From the NCBI GenBank assembly GCA_040382295.1, contig JBEIFU010000001.1, forward strand, positions 1 to 59,932: 59,932 nucleotides of DNA, written 5' to 3'. Made by a program: the position numbers and the translations under genes. The stretch comes from Alphaproteobacteria bacterium (lineage in GTDB: Bacteria; Pseudomonadota; Alphaproteobacteria; Micropepsales; Micropepsaceae). The notes below the pieces were generated by a model. That model did no database searches, had not been told where the DNA came from, and was given only the letters and a program-made list of their open reading frames with translations. Positions 15,108-24,700 of the stretch are shown here, one piece after another; positions within the stretch are counted from its first letter, which is position 1; every line of letters begins with the position of its first letter.

Positions 15108-15310
15108 TCAGGCCGCCATCCGGCCCGGATGGCCCTGACGTGCTTGTTTGTGTTGATCTGGCTCAGGCCGATGGATCTGGCGCACTCGATCGCCCTGCCG
15201 CCTGGGTTGTCCATGTACCATCGGTAAACCCGCGTTCGGTTCGCGGCGGCGTCAATGCGCAAGTGCCCGTTTTTCTTCTTGGCCCGCTTCACCACCGTCT
15301 CGGTCATCAT
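15104..15310 (-). CDS. Small basic HTH-like DNA-binding protein
   Basis: 'GGRAIECARSIGLSQINTNKHVRAIR'. First gene after an AT-rich intergenic region, with ATGA coupling downstream. Confidence 0.4.
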   Translation of the reverse strand: MMTETVVKRAKKKNGHLRIDAAANRTRVYRWYMDNPGGRAIECARSIGLSQINTNKHVRAIRAGWRPE

Positions 15311-15377
15311 CGCCCCGCATGGATATTAATTTCCAAGAGGTATGCTTTTTGTCGATATGGGTCAACACGAATATGCG

Positions 15378-15426
15378 GAAAAGAGAAACCCGCCACCGGG
15401 GGCGAGCCGGTAGCGGGCTGTGGCGG
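15378..15426 (-). terminator. Rho-independent terminator after 15490..16557
   Basis: Minus strand: CCGCCAC...GTGGCGG stem (15390..15396 / 15420..15426) with an inner GC stem, followed by GTTTCTCTTTTCC. Confidence 0.5.
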
Positions 15427-15489
15427 AGTGGTGACCAGAGATCGGGCGATGACGGTCACACGGAGACCTATGTCCGCACGCCCATCAGG

Positions 15490-16557
15490 TCAAGCTCTTT
15501 TCTTGGTGCTCTTGGTGGACCAGCTCAGCCAGCCATCGGCCCAGAATGTGAGGTGAGGCGCGATCTCGAAGGGGTTTGCGTCCAGCGGAAGCCCGCTCTC
15601 GGCGGCAAGGTATCCGCTCTTTGTGGCGTCGTCCTCGACCGCCATCTGTGCTGCTGCCTGCACGTTGCCCCAGAGGGTGGCCGCAAAGCCGCCCGCCTTG
15701 TACGGGCAAGGACTGCTTCCATTTCCTTCCATCTCGTCCACTTCAAGAGACTTCAAAGCGGCAGACCTGACCTTTGCGATCTGTTCCTCTGCGGTATCGA
15801 ATCCGGCTTCCCATTGAGTGAAATCCTGACCGGCGTCAAAATCAAAAGGGTTGTCCTTGATGCCGCTACCATTGATCCGCGCGTTGTAGCCCATCTGTTC
15901 GGCTGACAGCGTCTCGTCGTCTTCCGGTTCGCCGCCGGTGTCGGACTCGGCCTCGGCGTCGGACTCTGGAATGGTCTCTGCTTCGTCATGGAATATCTGG
16001 CCGACAACGGTCTCAAGCGCAGCTTGCATCCGCTCCACATCATCAAGCGACTTGTCCATGTCGGCGGCGATCGCTGTCTCCTCATCGGGCGACATGGGCG
16101 TGAACTTGACATCGAGCGGCAGTGAGGGCTGGTCGGGATCCGCCTCGATCTCGCCCCGCGACTGATCGAACTGCTCCACGTCCGCCACGATGATCTTGAT
16201 CACCTTCTTGCCGACCCGGTTAAGCGACAGGACAACCTCGTCCTCGGCCAGACCGGCGGCCGTCAGCTCCACGACGCCATCCTTGACCCCGTACTTCTTG
16301 AGCTGAGCATGGATCACCGGCCGCCCGGACTGTGCCACGACCTCGACGATCGCGTTGACCAGTTGATATGCCAACCCGGTCACTGCGGAGATCTCGCCCA
16401 TCTGCTGGTCCTGCGAGAGCTTGCCCCATGTCGTCGCCTGAATATCCATGCGGCGCCGCGCCATGAACATATCCCGAATGTCGCCCACCAGAGTATCGGA
16501 ACGAAGCTGGAACACTTCTCCCGTTTCGGGGTCTGTGATGTCGATATAGGTCTTCAT
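15490..16557 (-). CDS. Acidic hypothetical protein with C-terminal Rmf/CrpP-like repeats
   Basis: C-terminal repeats 'GYNARINGSGIKDNPFDF...WEAGF','CPYKAGGFAATLWG','GYLAAESGLPLDANPFEI...WADGWLSW' resemble the ribosome-modulation-factor motif G-x-x-A-x-x-G-x5-(C/N)P(Y/F)...W..GW. Confidence 0.5.
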   Translation of the reverse strand: MKTYIDITDPETGEVFQLRSDTLVGDIRDMFMARRRMDIQATTWGKLSQDQQMGEISAVTGLAYQLVNAIVEVVAQSGRPVIHAQLKKYGVKDGVVELTAAGLAEDEVVLSLNRVGKKVIKIIVADVEQFDQSRGEIEADPDQPSLPLDVKFTPMSPDEETAIAADMDKSLDDVERMQAALETVVGQIFHDEAETIPESDAEAESDTGGEPEDDETLSAEQMGYNARINGSGIKDNPFDFDAGQDFTQWEAGFDTAEEQIAKVRSAALKSLEVDEMEGNGSSPCPYKAGGFAATLWGNVQAAAQMAVEDDATKSGYLAAESGLPLDANPFEIAPHLTFWADGWLSWSTKSTKKRA

Positions 16558-17018
16558 GTTTGCCCTCCAAAAAGGCTGGTTTGTGATAATTTGGCGATCA
16601 GTTTTTCAGAAGCCGCACGGATCGGCCCCCACTTCGTAGCGTCTTCCTCGACGAGCCAGATCGAGACATGATCACCGGCCCACCACCTCAGCCGCAAGTC
16701 CACCAAGTATCTGTCATCAGGTGTCTTCTTGGACTTGTGCAGCGCATCGAAGATGCCCTTGCCCATGTTGTCCAGGTCAGCGGCGGTCTTGGCGGCAGGG
16801 ATCTTTACGTCCGCCCGCCAATAACACTTGTCGGGCAGACCGATCTGGCTGTTGAGCTGGTACTGCGCGTGGGTCATCCAAGCGGCGTAATCCTTGCTCG
16901 CCACCTTCACCACTTGAAACGCCCCGGTCTTGAGCTTCCGCCTTATCGGGACCGTGGCGTTGTTGACCGACGGCGGCGGGTCAATCAGTTTGAGGTTCCG
17001 GATCTTGGGTGTGACCAT
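16554..17018 (-). CDS. rusA: RusA-family Holliday junction resolvase
   Basis: 'DLDNMGKGIFDALHKSKKTPDDRYLVDLRL' matches the RusA catalytic Asp motifs. Confidence 0.7.
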   Translation of the reverse strand: MVTPKIRNLKLIDPPPSVNNATVPIRRKLKTGAFQVVKVASKDYAAWMTHAQYQLNSQIGLPDKCYWRADVKIPAAKTAADLDNMGKGIFDALHKSKKTPDDRYLVDLRLRWWAGDHVSIWLVEEDATKWGPIRAASEKLIAKLSQTSLFGGQT

Positions 17019-17163
17019 TTTTCGCCAGCTCCTCCAGTCTGCGCTCCATCAGCCACATGATCTGGTCTTTCTGCGTCCGCCGATCGAGATCACAGCACAC
17101 CGCCAGAATCCTGCGCTCTGCCTTGGTCACCTTGATCGACAGGGTTTGCGTGACATCTGCCAT
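16981..17163 (-). CDS. Ribbon-helix-helix (CopG/Arc-like) protein
   Basis: 'TLSIKVTKAERRILAVCCDLDRRTQKDQIMWLMERRLEEL'. Start MADV follows aaggaggcgg. Confidence 0.55.
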   Translation of the reverse strand: MADVTQTLSIKVTKAERRILAVCCDLDRRTQKDQIMWLMERRLEELAKNGHTQDPEPQTD

Positions 17164-17237
17164 TCCGCCTCCTTTACGTCCTGTTTGTTCCAACAAGGGC
17201 CACCCTGCACACGTCGGATATGGACGCAAAATAGCCG

Positions 17238-17266
17238 TTGACAGATGGGGAGATAGCATCCATGCT
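17238..17266 (+). promoter_or_regulatory. Candidate promoter for the recombination operon (TTGACA-N17-CATGCT)
   Basis: Perfect -35 but a weak -10, in a divergent intergenic region. Confidence 0.3.
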
Positions 17267-17292
17267 CCGTTCGTGGCAATAGGCGAGTTGGC

Positions 17293-17484
17293 ATGGGCGA
17301 TTATTCAAAGGGCGGTGGATCACCGGAAATGCGCGGCAATTGCGATCGCTACTATGGGCGTATCCCTCGGCCGCACAAATGGATGGACCCGCTCGGGCGC
17401 CAGCAAGTCGAGCTGACAGAACAGAACGAGATTGCCGCCTACTGGTGCGGGTACAATGGCGAGATGGAGCGCAAAGAGTGGTGA
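17293..17484 (+). CDS. Hypothetical protein (63 aa)
   Basis: ORF whose stop overlaps the GTG start of the exonuclease gene. Confidence 0.4.
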   Translation: MGDYSKGGGSPEMRGNCDRYYGRIPRPHKWMDPLGRQQVELTEQNEIAAYWCGYNGEMERKEW

Positions 17485-18647
17485 CCGAAATTATCGACTA
17501 TACGGATGGCATTTACTTCGACCTGGACGAGGCGGCCTATCACAAGATTCCGCGGCTCTCGATGTCGGGGATTCAGAAGATGATGATCAGCCCGGCTGAC
17601 TTCTGGGCCTCGAGCTGGCTCAACCCGAACAAGGACGACGAGGAGAAGGAGCAGACAAACGCGCAGATCCTTGGCCGCGCCTATCACGTTGCCCGGTTCG
17701 AGCCTGCGCGGTTCGACGCGACCTACTGTCGGGATCTCGAGAAGAACGAGATGCCAGAGGGGACGCTGTTCACCGATGCGGAGATCAGCGCCGCGCTTGA
17801 GGTGCTGGGAAAGCCGAAGACGGTGAAGGGCGAGAAGGTGTTGGACAAGGCCATCCGCCTGATCGACGCCGGGTTTGAGGGGTCTGTCTGGCACTATGAG
17901 CGCGCAATGTTTGACGCGGAGATGGGCGGCATCATCCCGATCAAGGGTGATATCTATGATCAACTTCGCATCGACGTTGACACGATCCACAATAACCCAG
18001 AGGTCGAGGTGTTCCTGACCGGCGGCGTGCCAGAGGTATCCATCCTGTGGACCGATGCTGAGACTGGCATCCAGATGAAGTGCCGGATCGACTACCTGCG
18101 CCCGACGGGCATGACCGATTTCAAGACCTTCGACAACACGCGGGGCCAGCACGTTCAGAACGCGATCTTGAGTGCGATCAAGTTCAACCGCTATTACATT
18201 CAGGCGTTCGGGTACTGGCAGGCCATCGAGCTTGTCCGTGCCGGCGGGCTTGGCATTGTCGGGGATGCCGATGAAGATCAGGTTCATCTCATCAACAGCA
18301 TCCGCACCCGCACTTTGCCGATGGACTGCTGGTATGTGTTCCAGCAAAAGAGCGGGATCCCGAATGTTTTTGCCGTCGAGTTTCCAGCCTTTGCAGCTCA
18401 TGAGAGCGTCGGCATGAACTCGGCCGGGCTGAGCGACGAGGCGGCGGCGCTGGCGAGCTACAAGATGGCTGCGGCAACTTTCATCCGACTCAAGGCCCAA
18501 CGTGAGATCCGCAACGCGATCGCCACGTTCGTCAAGTATTCGGAGATCTACGAGGCGGGCCAGCCGTGGTATCCTGTGCGCCCGATCATGGACGCTGGCG
18601 ATGCGGCCTACGGCTCGTACTGGCTCGAGGAGGTATGGAATGGCTGA
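17478..18647 (+). CDS. PD-(D/E)XK exonuclease (RecE/DUF3799-like)
   Basis: 'KCRIDYLRPTGMTDFKTFDNT' (D...D-x-K) and 'YYIQAFGYWQA'. GTG start at 17478 follows GGAG. Confidence 0.7.
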   Translation: MVTEIIDYTDGIYFDLDEAAYHKIPRLSMSGIQKMMISPADFWASSWLNPNKDDEEKEQTNAQILGRAYHVARFEPARFDATYCRDLEKNEMPEGTLFTDAEISAALEVLGKPKTVKGEKVLDKAIRLIDAGFEGSVWHYERAMFDAEMGGIIPIKGDIYDQLRIDVDTIHNNPEVEVFLTGGVPEVSILWTDAETGIQMKCRIDYLRPTGMTDFKTFDNTRGQHVQNAILSAIKFNRYYIQAFGYWQAIELVRAGGLGIVGDADEDQVHLINSIRTRTLPMDCWYVFQQKSGIPNVFAVEFPAFAAHESVGMNSAGLSDEAAALASYKMAAATFIRLKAQREIRNAIATFVKYSEIYEAGQPWYPVRPIMDAGDAAYGSYWLEEVWNG

Positions 18648-18936
18648 AACCATCAAGCTCACCCCAAGGTCCCAAGCCATCGCTTACCGGATCTGGGCGA
18701 TTGCTAAGCCCCTTGAGTGGGACATCTCGATTGCCGATCTGGCAGAGCAGTTGAATCTTAGCCACCACTCCATCCGCTCCGTCCTGCAACTCAAGGGCTG
18801 GATAAACAGGCTCCGGCTCAGCGAGCGGCGCGACAACAACGACATGCTGATCGGTGAGATCAAGTCGCAGACAACACTTCCGGGTGCCGCCTCGTGGCAG
18901 GACCCCAGATCATATGAGGAATCCAACCATGCCTGA
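18640..18936 (+). CDS. Hypothetical protein (98 aa)
   Basis: Coupled ORF between the exonuclease and erf. Confidence 0.5.
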   Translation: MAETIKLTPRSQAIAYRIWAIAKPLEWDISIADLAEQLNLSHHSIRSVLQLKGWINRLRLSERRDNNDMLIGEIKSQTTLPGAASWQDPRSYEESNHA

Positions 18937-19693
18937 CGACCAGAAGAACCTGCCAGCGCAGCATGTGGCGGCCCCGGGCCTCAATCCGATGGTGATCTGG
19001 GAGGACATTGTGCGCATGGCGCATGAGAAAGAGATAGACGCCGGAAAAATCGGTCTCCTGCTTGGCCACCAGATCACCATGATGGACTATGCGTCCAAGA
19101 CCGCGTTCACGGCGGCCAAGAATGCGGCCATGATGGAGATGCCTGTTGTCACCAAGGACAGCATGATCGTCCACAACGGAAAGCTGATCGGCAAGTACAC
19201 CAAATATGAGGATTTGCGGCGCGTCATCGACCCGATCCTGAACCGCCACTATCTCAGGATCACGCATCGGCCAGGGTTCAACGACGCGATGAAAATGCCG
19301 ACCGTCGAGGCGATCCTGATTTTTGCCCGGGACAACATGGCCTACACCGAGGAGTGTGGGCCCATGCCGATCCCATTCGACACCGGGGGCGCCAAGAGCG
19401 CCACCCAAGGGGCAGGCTCATCCCTGCAGTACGGCATGCGCTACACGACCTGCGCGGCGCTGGGGATCGTGCAGGAAGGCATCGACAACGACGCGCGCAA
19501 CACGACTAAGGTCGACGCTGGTGAGGCTTGGCAGACCCGGATCTCCGATGATGGCATGCAGGCCGCCAAGGGTGGATCGGCATCCTACAACCAATGGTTC
19601 ACGGCCCTGACCAACATGCAAAAGGGGTGGCTGGTGGATGAAGGCAAGCACGCCTCATTCAAGAAGGCCGCCGCCGAGATCGACGGGCTTTAA
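18929..19693 (+). CDS. erf: ERF-family single-strand annealing protein
   Basis: 'KYTKYEDLRRVIDPIL' and 'QGAGSSLQYGMRYTTCAALGIVQEGIDND' match the ERF signature. Confidence 0.7.
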   Translation: MPDDQKNLPAQHVAAPGLNPMVIWEDIVRMAHEKEIDAGKIGLLLGHQITMMDYASKTAFTAAKNAAMMEMPVVTKDSMIVHNGKLIGKYTKYEDLRRVIDPILNRHYLRITHRPGFNDAMKMPTVEAILIFARDNMAYTEECGPMPIPFDTGGAKSATQGAGSSLQYGMRYTTCAALGIVQEGIDNDARNTTKVDAGEAWQTRISDDGMQAAKGGSASYNQWFTALTNMQKGWLVDEGKHASFKKAAAEIDGL

Positions 19694-19707
19694 CAATGGA
19701 GAACCAT

Positions 19708-20037
19708 ATGTCTTATACGACGCAAGGACCATCAACGCTGGGCGGGATGCCCGGGAGATCGGCAGATTACCCTGTTGCCCCCCAGACTGCCCCCAGCATC
19801 CTTGAGGGGTACGTCAAAGAGCTGGGGATGATCCTTGACCGGCTTGCAGACCAACAGAGCAATCTGGATCAGATCCACACAAAGCTCTTTGGCCCGACAC
19901 CAAAGGCCCATGGAAGCGGAGGACCGGAGGTGCCTTACGAGGGCGGGGTGTTCGATTCAATGCGCCTGCGCGTCCAAAGGATTCACGAGACGCTGGCCGA
20001 GAGCGATGCTCTGATCCAGCAGCTCCGGCAGCTTTAA
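19708..20037 (+). CDS. Hypothetical protein (109 aa)
   Basis: ATG at 19708 follows ggagaa. Confidence 0.5.
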   Translation: MSYTTQGPSTLGGMPGRSADYPVAPQTAPSILEGYVKELGMILDRLADQQSNLDQIHTKLFGPTPKAHGSGGPEVPYEGGVFDSMRLRVQRIHETLAESDALIQQLRQL

Positions 20038-20075
20038 GGAATAGGGCGGCCAGTCCTCCCGGTCGTCCTAAACTG

Positions 20076-20115
20076 CCGGCCCGGTTAATCCTCCCTGACC
20101 GGGCCGGACTTTTTC
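20076..20115 (+). terminator. Rho-independent terminator
   Basis: CCGGCCCGGT-N12-ACCGGGCCGG followed by ACTTTTTC. Confidence 0.6.
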
Positions 20116-20134
20116 ATCAACAAGGGCGAAACCC

Positions 20135-21547
20135 ATGAAAATCATCGAACTCTATGCAGAGAACCTGAAGCGCCTGAAAGTGATCCAGATCAAACCCGAT
20201 ACCGGGCTGGTCGAGATCACCGGGAAGAACGGTCAGGGCAAGACCTCCGTCCTTGACGCGATCTGGTGGGCGCTGGGCGGGACCGAGAACATCCAGTCAT
20301 CACCGATCCGCACGGGCGAGTCCCACGCATCCGTGACCGTCGACCTTGGCGACATGAAGGTCGAGCGGAAATTCATCGCGCAGGATGACGGGACCTACAC
20401 CACGTCCTTGAAACTGACGACCCCGGACGGCGCGCGCTACGACAAGCCGCAGAGCCGCCTTGACGACCTGCTGGGCCGGTTCACCTTCGATCCGCTGGCC
20501 TTCCTGCGTCTGAACCCGGTCGATCAGGTCCGGTCCCTGCAAGGGCTGGTGGCGAGCTTCGACTTTGCCGCCGCCGACAAATATAACAAGATCGACCTCG
20601 AGGAGCGGCGCGACTGGAATCGTACCGCCAAGACGGCCAGAGAGGTGGAAAGCACCCTTCGCGGCCAGTTGCCGGAGGTGATTCCGGAGCCTGTAGACGT
20701 TTCCAAGGCCATGAACGACCTGATCGAGGCTCAGCGCCACAACAACAAGGTCGAAGAAACGGCGCGGCTGCTAACGATTGCAAAGAACAACCGTGACGAT
20801 GCCGAACGGCGCGTTGCCACGCTCAAGCAACAGATCGAGGCGGCCGAGGAGGTCCTGACCTTCGCCACGAATAGCGTGACCGAGATCGAGGAGACGGTGA
20901 CAGAGAGGGTCGACACCAGCCCCCTGCAGGAGAAGATCGCCGGCGCACAACAGGTGAACGCCATGGTGACGAAGGCCGCCGAGGCTGAACGTCAGGATGG
21001 AGTTGCCAAGCACGCTGAATCCATGTCGGCTCAGTTGACTGCGAAGGTCGAGGCGCGCAAGGCCGCCGCGATCGCTGCGATCAAGGAGGCCCAGATCCCG
21101 GTGGAAGGTCTGGCGATCGTGGATGACCGCGTGACGCTGGATGGAATCCCGTTCGAGCAAGTGAGCGATGCCATGCAGCTCCGCGCGTCGGTCGCTTTGG
21201 CCATCGCCATGAACCCCAAGCTGCGCGTCCTGCGCGTCCGCGACGGGTCCCTGTTGGACGATGACGCCCTCGAGATCATGCGCCAGATGTGCGCCGATCA
21301 GGATTATCAGATCTGGATCGAGCGCGTCGACTCGAGCGGCGAGATCGGCATCGTGATGGAAGACGGCGCGATCAAGGGTCAGGTCATCGAACCCACGCCG
21401 GAACCCGAGAAAGCCCCCAAGAAGGAAGCGAAGGAAAAGCCCGCCGAGCCTGTGGGTGAACCTGTGGATGACGACGCACCAAAGCGGCCCAGCGCAGCCG
21501 AACGCCTCGCCGCCGCGCGCGCCCAGACCTCGATGAAACTGGAGTGA
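20135..21547 (+). CDS. SMC/RecF/Rad50-like AAA ATPase
   Basis: N-terminal Walker A 'GKNGQGKTSVLDAI', a long coiled-coil middle, and a C-terminal 'LRVLRVRDGSLLDDDA' Walker-B/D-loop-like segment. Confidence 0.6.
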   Translation: MKIIELYAENLKRLKVIQIKPDTGLVEITGKNGQGKTSVLDAIWWALGGTENIQSSPIRTGESHASVTVDLGDMKVERKFIAQDDGTYTTSLKLTTPDGARYDKPQSRLDDLLGRFTFDPLAFLRLNPVDQVRSLQGLVASFDFAAADKYNKIDLEERRDWNRTAKTAREVESTLRGQLPEVIPEPVDVSKAMNDLIEAQRHNNKVEETARLLTIAKNNRDDAERRVATLKQQIEAAEEVLTFATNSVTEIEETVTERVDTSPLQEKIAGAQQVNAMVTKAAEAERQDGVAKHAESMSAQLTAKVEARKAAAIAAIKEAQIPVEGLAIVDDRVTLDGIPFEQVSDAMQLRASVALAIAMNPKLRVLRVRDGSLLDDDALEIMRQMCADQDYQIWIERVDSSGEIGIVMEDGAIKGQVIEPTPEPEKAPKKEAKEKPAEPVGEPVDDDAPKRPSAAERLAAARAQTSMKLE

Positions 21548-21550
21548 CCC

Positions 21551-21748
21551 ATGAAAGATGAACCCCTGCCCCCGCTCTCCGATCTCCTGAAACCGCTCTC
21601 GGCTAAGGTCATGCCGACATCCGCCAAGCTCAAGCAGAACGGCGGCATCATGAGTGATGCTGACGCAACAGCCCTGCAGCGACGAGAGAACGCCCGACCT
21701 CAACGATGGAACACGACGAAGTTCAACTTCGGGAAGGGTCTGAAATGA
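21551..21748 (+). CDS. Hypothetical protein (65 aa)
   Basis: Coupled ORF at the end of the operon. Confidence 0.4.
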   Translation: MKDEPLPPLSDLLKPLSAKVMPTSAKLKQNGGIMSDADATALQRRENARPQRWNTTKFNFGKGLK

Positions 21749-21751
21749 AGG

Positions 21752-21779
21752 GGCCGGGCATAGCGCCCGGCCTTTCTCA
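21752..21779. terminator. Hairpin terminator at a convergent junction
   Basis: GGCCGGGC-atagc-GCCCGGCC followed by TTTCTCA. It sits between the (+) operon end and the stop of the 4403-aa gene. Confidence 0.55.
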
Positions 21780-24700
21780 TTCCGGCATGATGTCCATCTG
21801 GCGCTCGTAGAGCCGGTCCCGCTGCCCGTTGATGCGATCCACGGCCCGGTCCAGCGCACGCTCGTCGATCATGTTCCGCTCAAACTGCCTCACAAGAGAC
21901 CGCTCCTTGGCGTCCAGCTCACGATTGATGCGGTCAAACTCGATCTGCCAGGAAACAAACCCCGTCTCCACATCCTGCGGCTTGAGCTTCACCCCAAAAG
22001 AGTTGAGCAAAGCGGCGCCGGGATCATAAGGCGCGTTGCTGTTCCACTGGCGAGCGTCACCCATCACGGCCCGCAAAAGCTGCTCCTGATACCAAGAGTT
22101 GGGGATCCAGACCGCCGACGGCATGTAGGATTTCCAGAGGTAATCGGCGCGCGCCGCCATGCGCTCGGAGAACGTGTCCGTCAGCGGGTTGAAAATCTCC
22201 TCGCCGGTGAAGGCCGTCTTGTTCAAGTATAGCTCCATCCCGATCATCAGCGGGCCGCCGACCTGCAGCCATGACGGGATGTCTCCCTGCAGGTCAAACA
22301 CATCTCCCGCCGGGATCCAGCGCCGCACATCAAGGAACACCGGCATTTCGTCCTGCAGCCATGGCATCCGCATCATGCGCGGCAAGCCTATGTCGGTGAA
22401 GGGGACGCCGATCCAAGTCTTGCCCTGCTGGTCTTCGCGCATGCTGTTGCGCTCATCTTCCTCGTCGTCATCGGACGGCGCAACTGCATAGGCCAGCGTG
22501 TTCAGGGCTTGGGTGATGATGATGTACTTGGCGATCTTCCACGGCCGCTCTGCCATGGTCTGGGCGATCTTCGGGATGGCGCGGTAGGTATAGCCGATGA
22601 ACGGCAAGACCGTCGTGCGGGCGACGTTGATCCACGGCGCGCGGATGTCGTAGTTCAGGAACTGGTCCCTGGCCTCGATCGCCGCCTCGTCGATGGTCGC
22701 GCCCTGCTTGCGACGGCGCAGGTACAGCGCCATGCGGAATAACTGATCTTCGAGCTGGTAGGCTCTCAGCATCCCGCCGTCGACGGCCTTCAACGCCCCG
22801 ACGATCTTGTCCATGACAAGGCCGATCTTGCCAAACTCTCCCTCAAGGCCGCCCTTTCCGCCGCGCATCTCGTCAGCGATCTGCTGCAGGAGGGGCTGCA
22901 GGACGTTGTCGCGGATCTCCGATGTCACGAAGTCAGCGCCGAAAGCCCCAGCCTGGGCGGCCTCCTGATAGTCAGCATCGCCCCTTATGTAGGATGCGAC
23001 CCCGGCAAACAGGTCCTCAGTGCGAACGTCCGCCATGTCCATGAACATCCAGTTGGACATCATGTTGTTCATGTGGACAACCGGGTTGCGGGCGGTCTTG
23101 TTCAGCTTCCACTGCGTCAGGATCTTCTGATAGAAAAATGGGCTTTGCAGTTGCCGCAGCTCCTCCATGTCGCGCCAGATATCGGCCCGCACATACATGC
23201 CGGCCAGCGCCCCATAGCGGGCCGCTTGGGACTTGGCGATCTTCGCGTCAGGGACCTTCACCCACTCGAGGTCGGTGTTGATGAAGATGCGGCTCAGGAA
23301 CCCACGGCGCTCGGGGTTCTCGTCAACTTTTGCATCGGCCGGTGGCTTCTTGGTGGCCCACTGCTCATTCTTGGCGATGTCCGCAAAGAACCGGCCCGTG
23401 GCCAGATCGTGGGCCATGAGCTGGTACGTCTTGGCGATCGTGTAGCGGGCGTCAAGGATCTCCCCCATTTTCGCCCGCTCAGCCTTGGTAAAGTCGCGCC
23501 AGAGCGTGACCTTTCCGTTGTTCTCTCCGCGCACCTCGAACGTGCCCCGGTCATCGTAGTTGTCGATCGAGGCCGGGATCTGCTGATCGGCCGGTAGGTA
23601 CACCCGACGCACCATCCTGCCGCTTGGGGATTCCATCCCGGTCAGCGGGTCAATGTTGGACGTAGACCGCACCTCGAGGACTCGGATCATCTCCCCGACT
23701 TGGGGCTTGCCGCGCCGCGCGCCAAGGAACGCCTCGTTGTCCTTGAAAATACGCTCGATCGCGACCTCTTTGAATATGCCGCGTCCCTTGAACTGGTCTC
23801 CCACGATCCTGCGGCGCCGGGATCTGCCAAGAGCCCGCACCATCGCCTCAAGGGATCCCACGTCCTCCTCGCCCTTTGCGTAGACCCGGTGCAGGTACTT
23901 GCCCTTGTTGCGCTCGTAGGATTCCCGTGAGATCAGACCAAGCTCGACCGCCTCAAGCCCCATCTGGTCGATCGCTTTGCGGATCGGCTCGGAAAGGTTC
24001 TCCATCGTCGCGCTTGGAAGCTCCTCGCCAGTCATGATCGCCTGCAGGGTTTTCAGCTCATCAACGCTCAGGTTTGCCTTGGCGATGGCGTCGATGTGCT
24101 CCTTGCCCTCTGCCGTCAGGATGGCCTCGTCAACGCCGCGCCGCCGGTCCCTCTCGACGTATTCCTCTGGCAGTCCGTACCTGTCGACGATACCGGCGCG
24201 CACGCGCTCCACCAGCGGGCTCATGAAGCCCATCTTCTGCTCGACAACCAGATTGCGGATCACCTTCTCGGCCGCCTTGCCATAATTCCAGCGGCCGTAC
24301 TGATCGAGGCCACCGACGGCCATGAACGGGATCCGGAAAGCGGCATCTATGGGCTGCGTCATCACGGTGCGCAGGAACGACTCTTTGCGGTGCTTGACCG
24401 GCGTCTGCATGGTCACCCCGGACGTGACGGGCTGTCCCACCATCGCGCTTGCGACCCGGTTGGCCCCGCGCTGTGCCTTGGCAAAGCGAACCTCGGCCGC
24501 CCGTTCGGAGATCGACATCGAGGGCCCGCCCATCGATTCAAGGATCTGCTGATCGGGGGCCACGTCCTCGGTCATCCATGGCGGGATCTGGCCGCGCTGC
24601 CCTTCCGTGAAGTCCTGGCGGCGCTGAACATTCCGCGCCTCAACCTCGCCAGCCAAGCGAACGTAAACCTGCTCAGGCGTCAGGCCGGTCTTGGCAACCA

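Noticed and set aside
17439-18680. A 413-aa ORF lies antisense to the exonuclease gene.
   Set aside because: It is Arg/Leu/Asp/Val-rich with no motifs and mirrors the exonuclease ORF exactly. The plus-strand frame carries clear PD-(D/E)XK motifs.
20771-21859. A 362-aa ORF lies antisense to the SMC-like ATPase gene.
   Set aside because: It is a shadow frame with low-complexity Gly/Arg/Leu composition. It crosses a terminator and the convergent junction.
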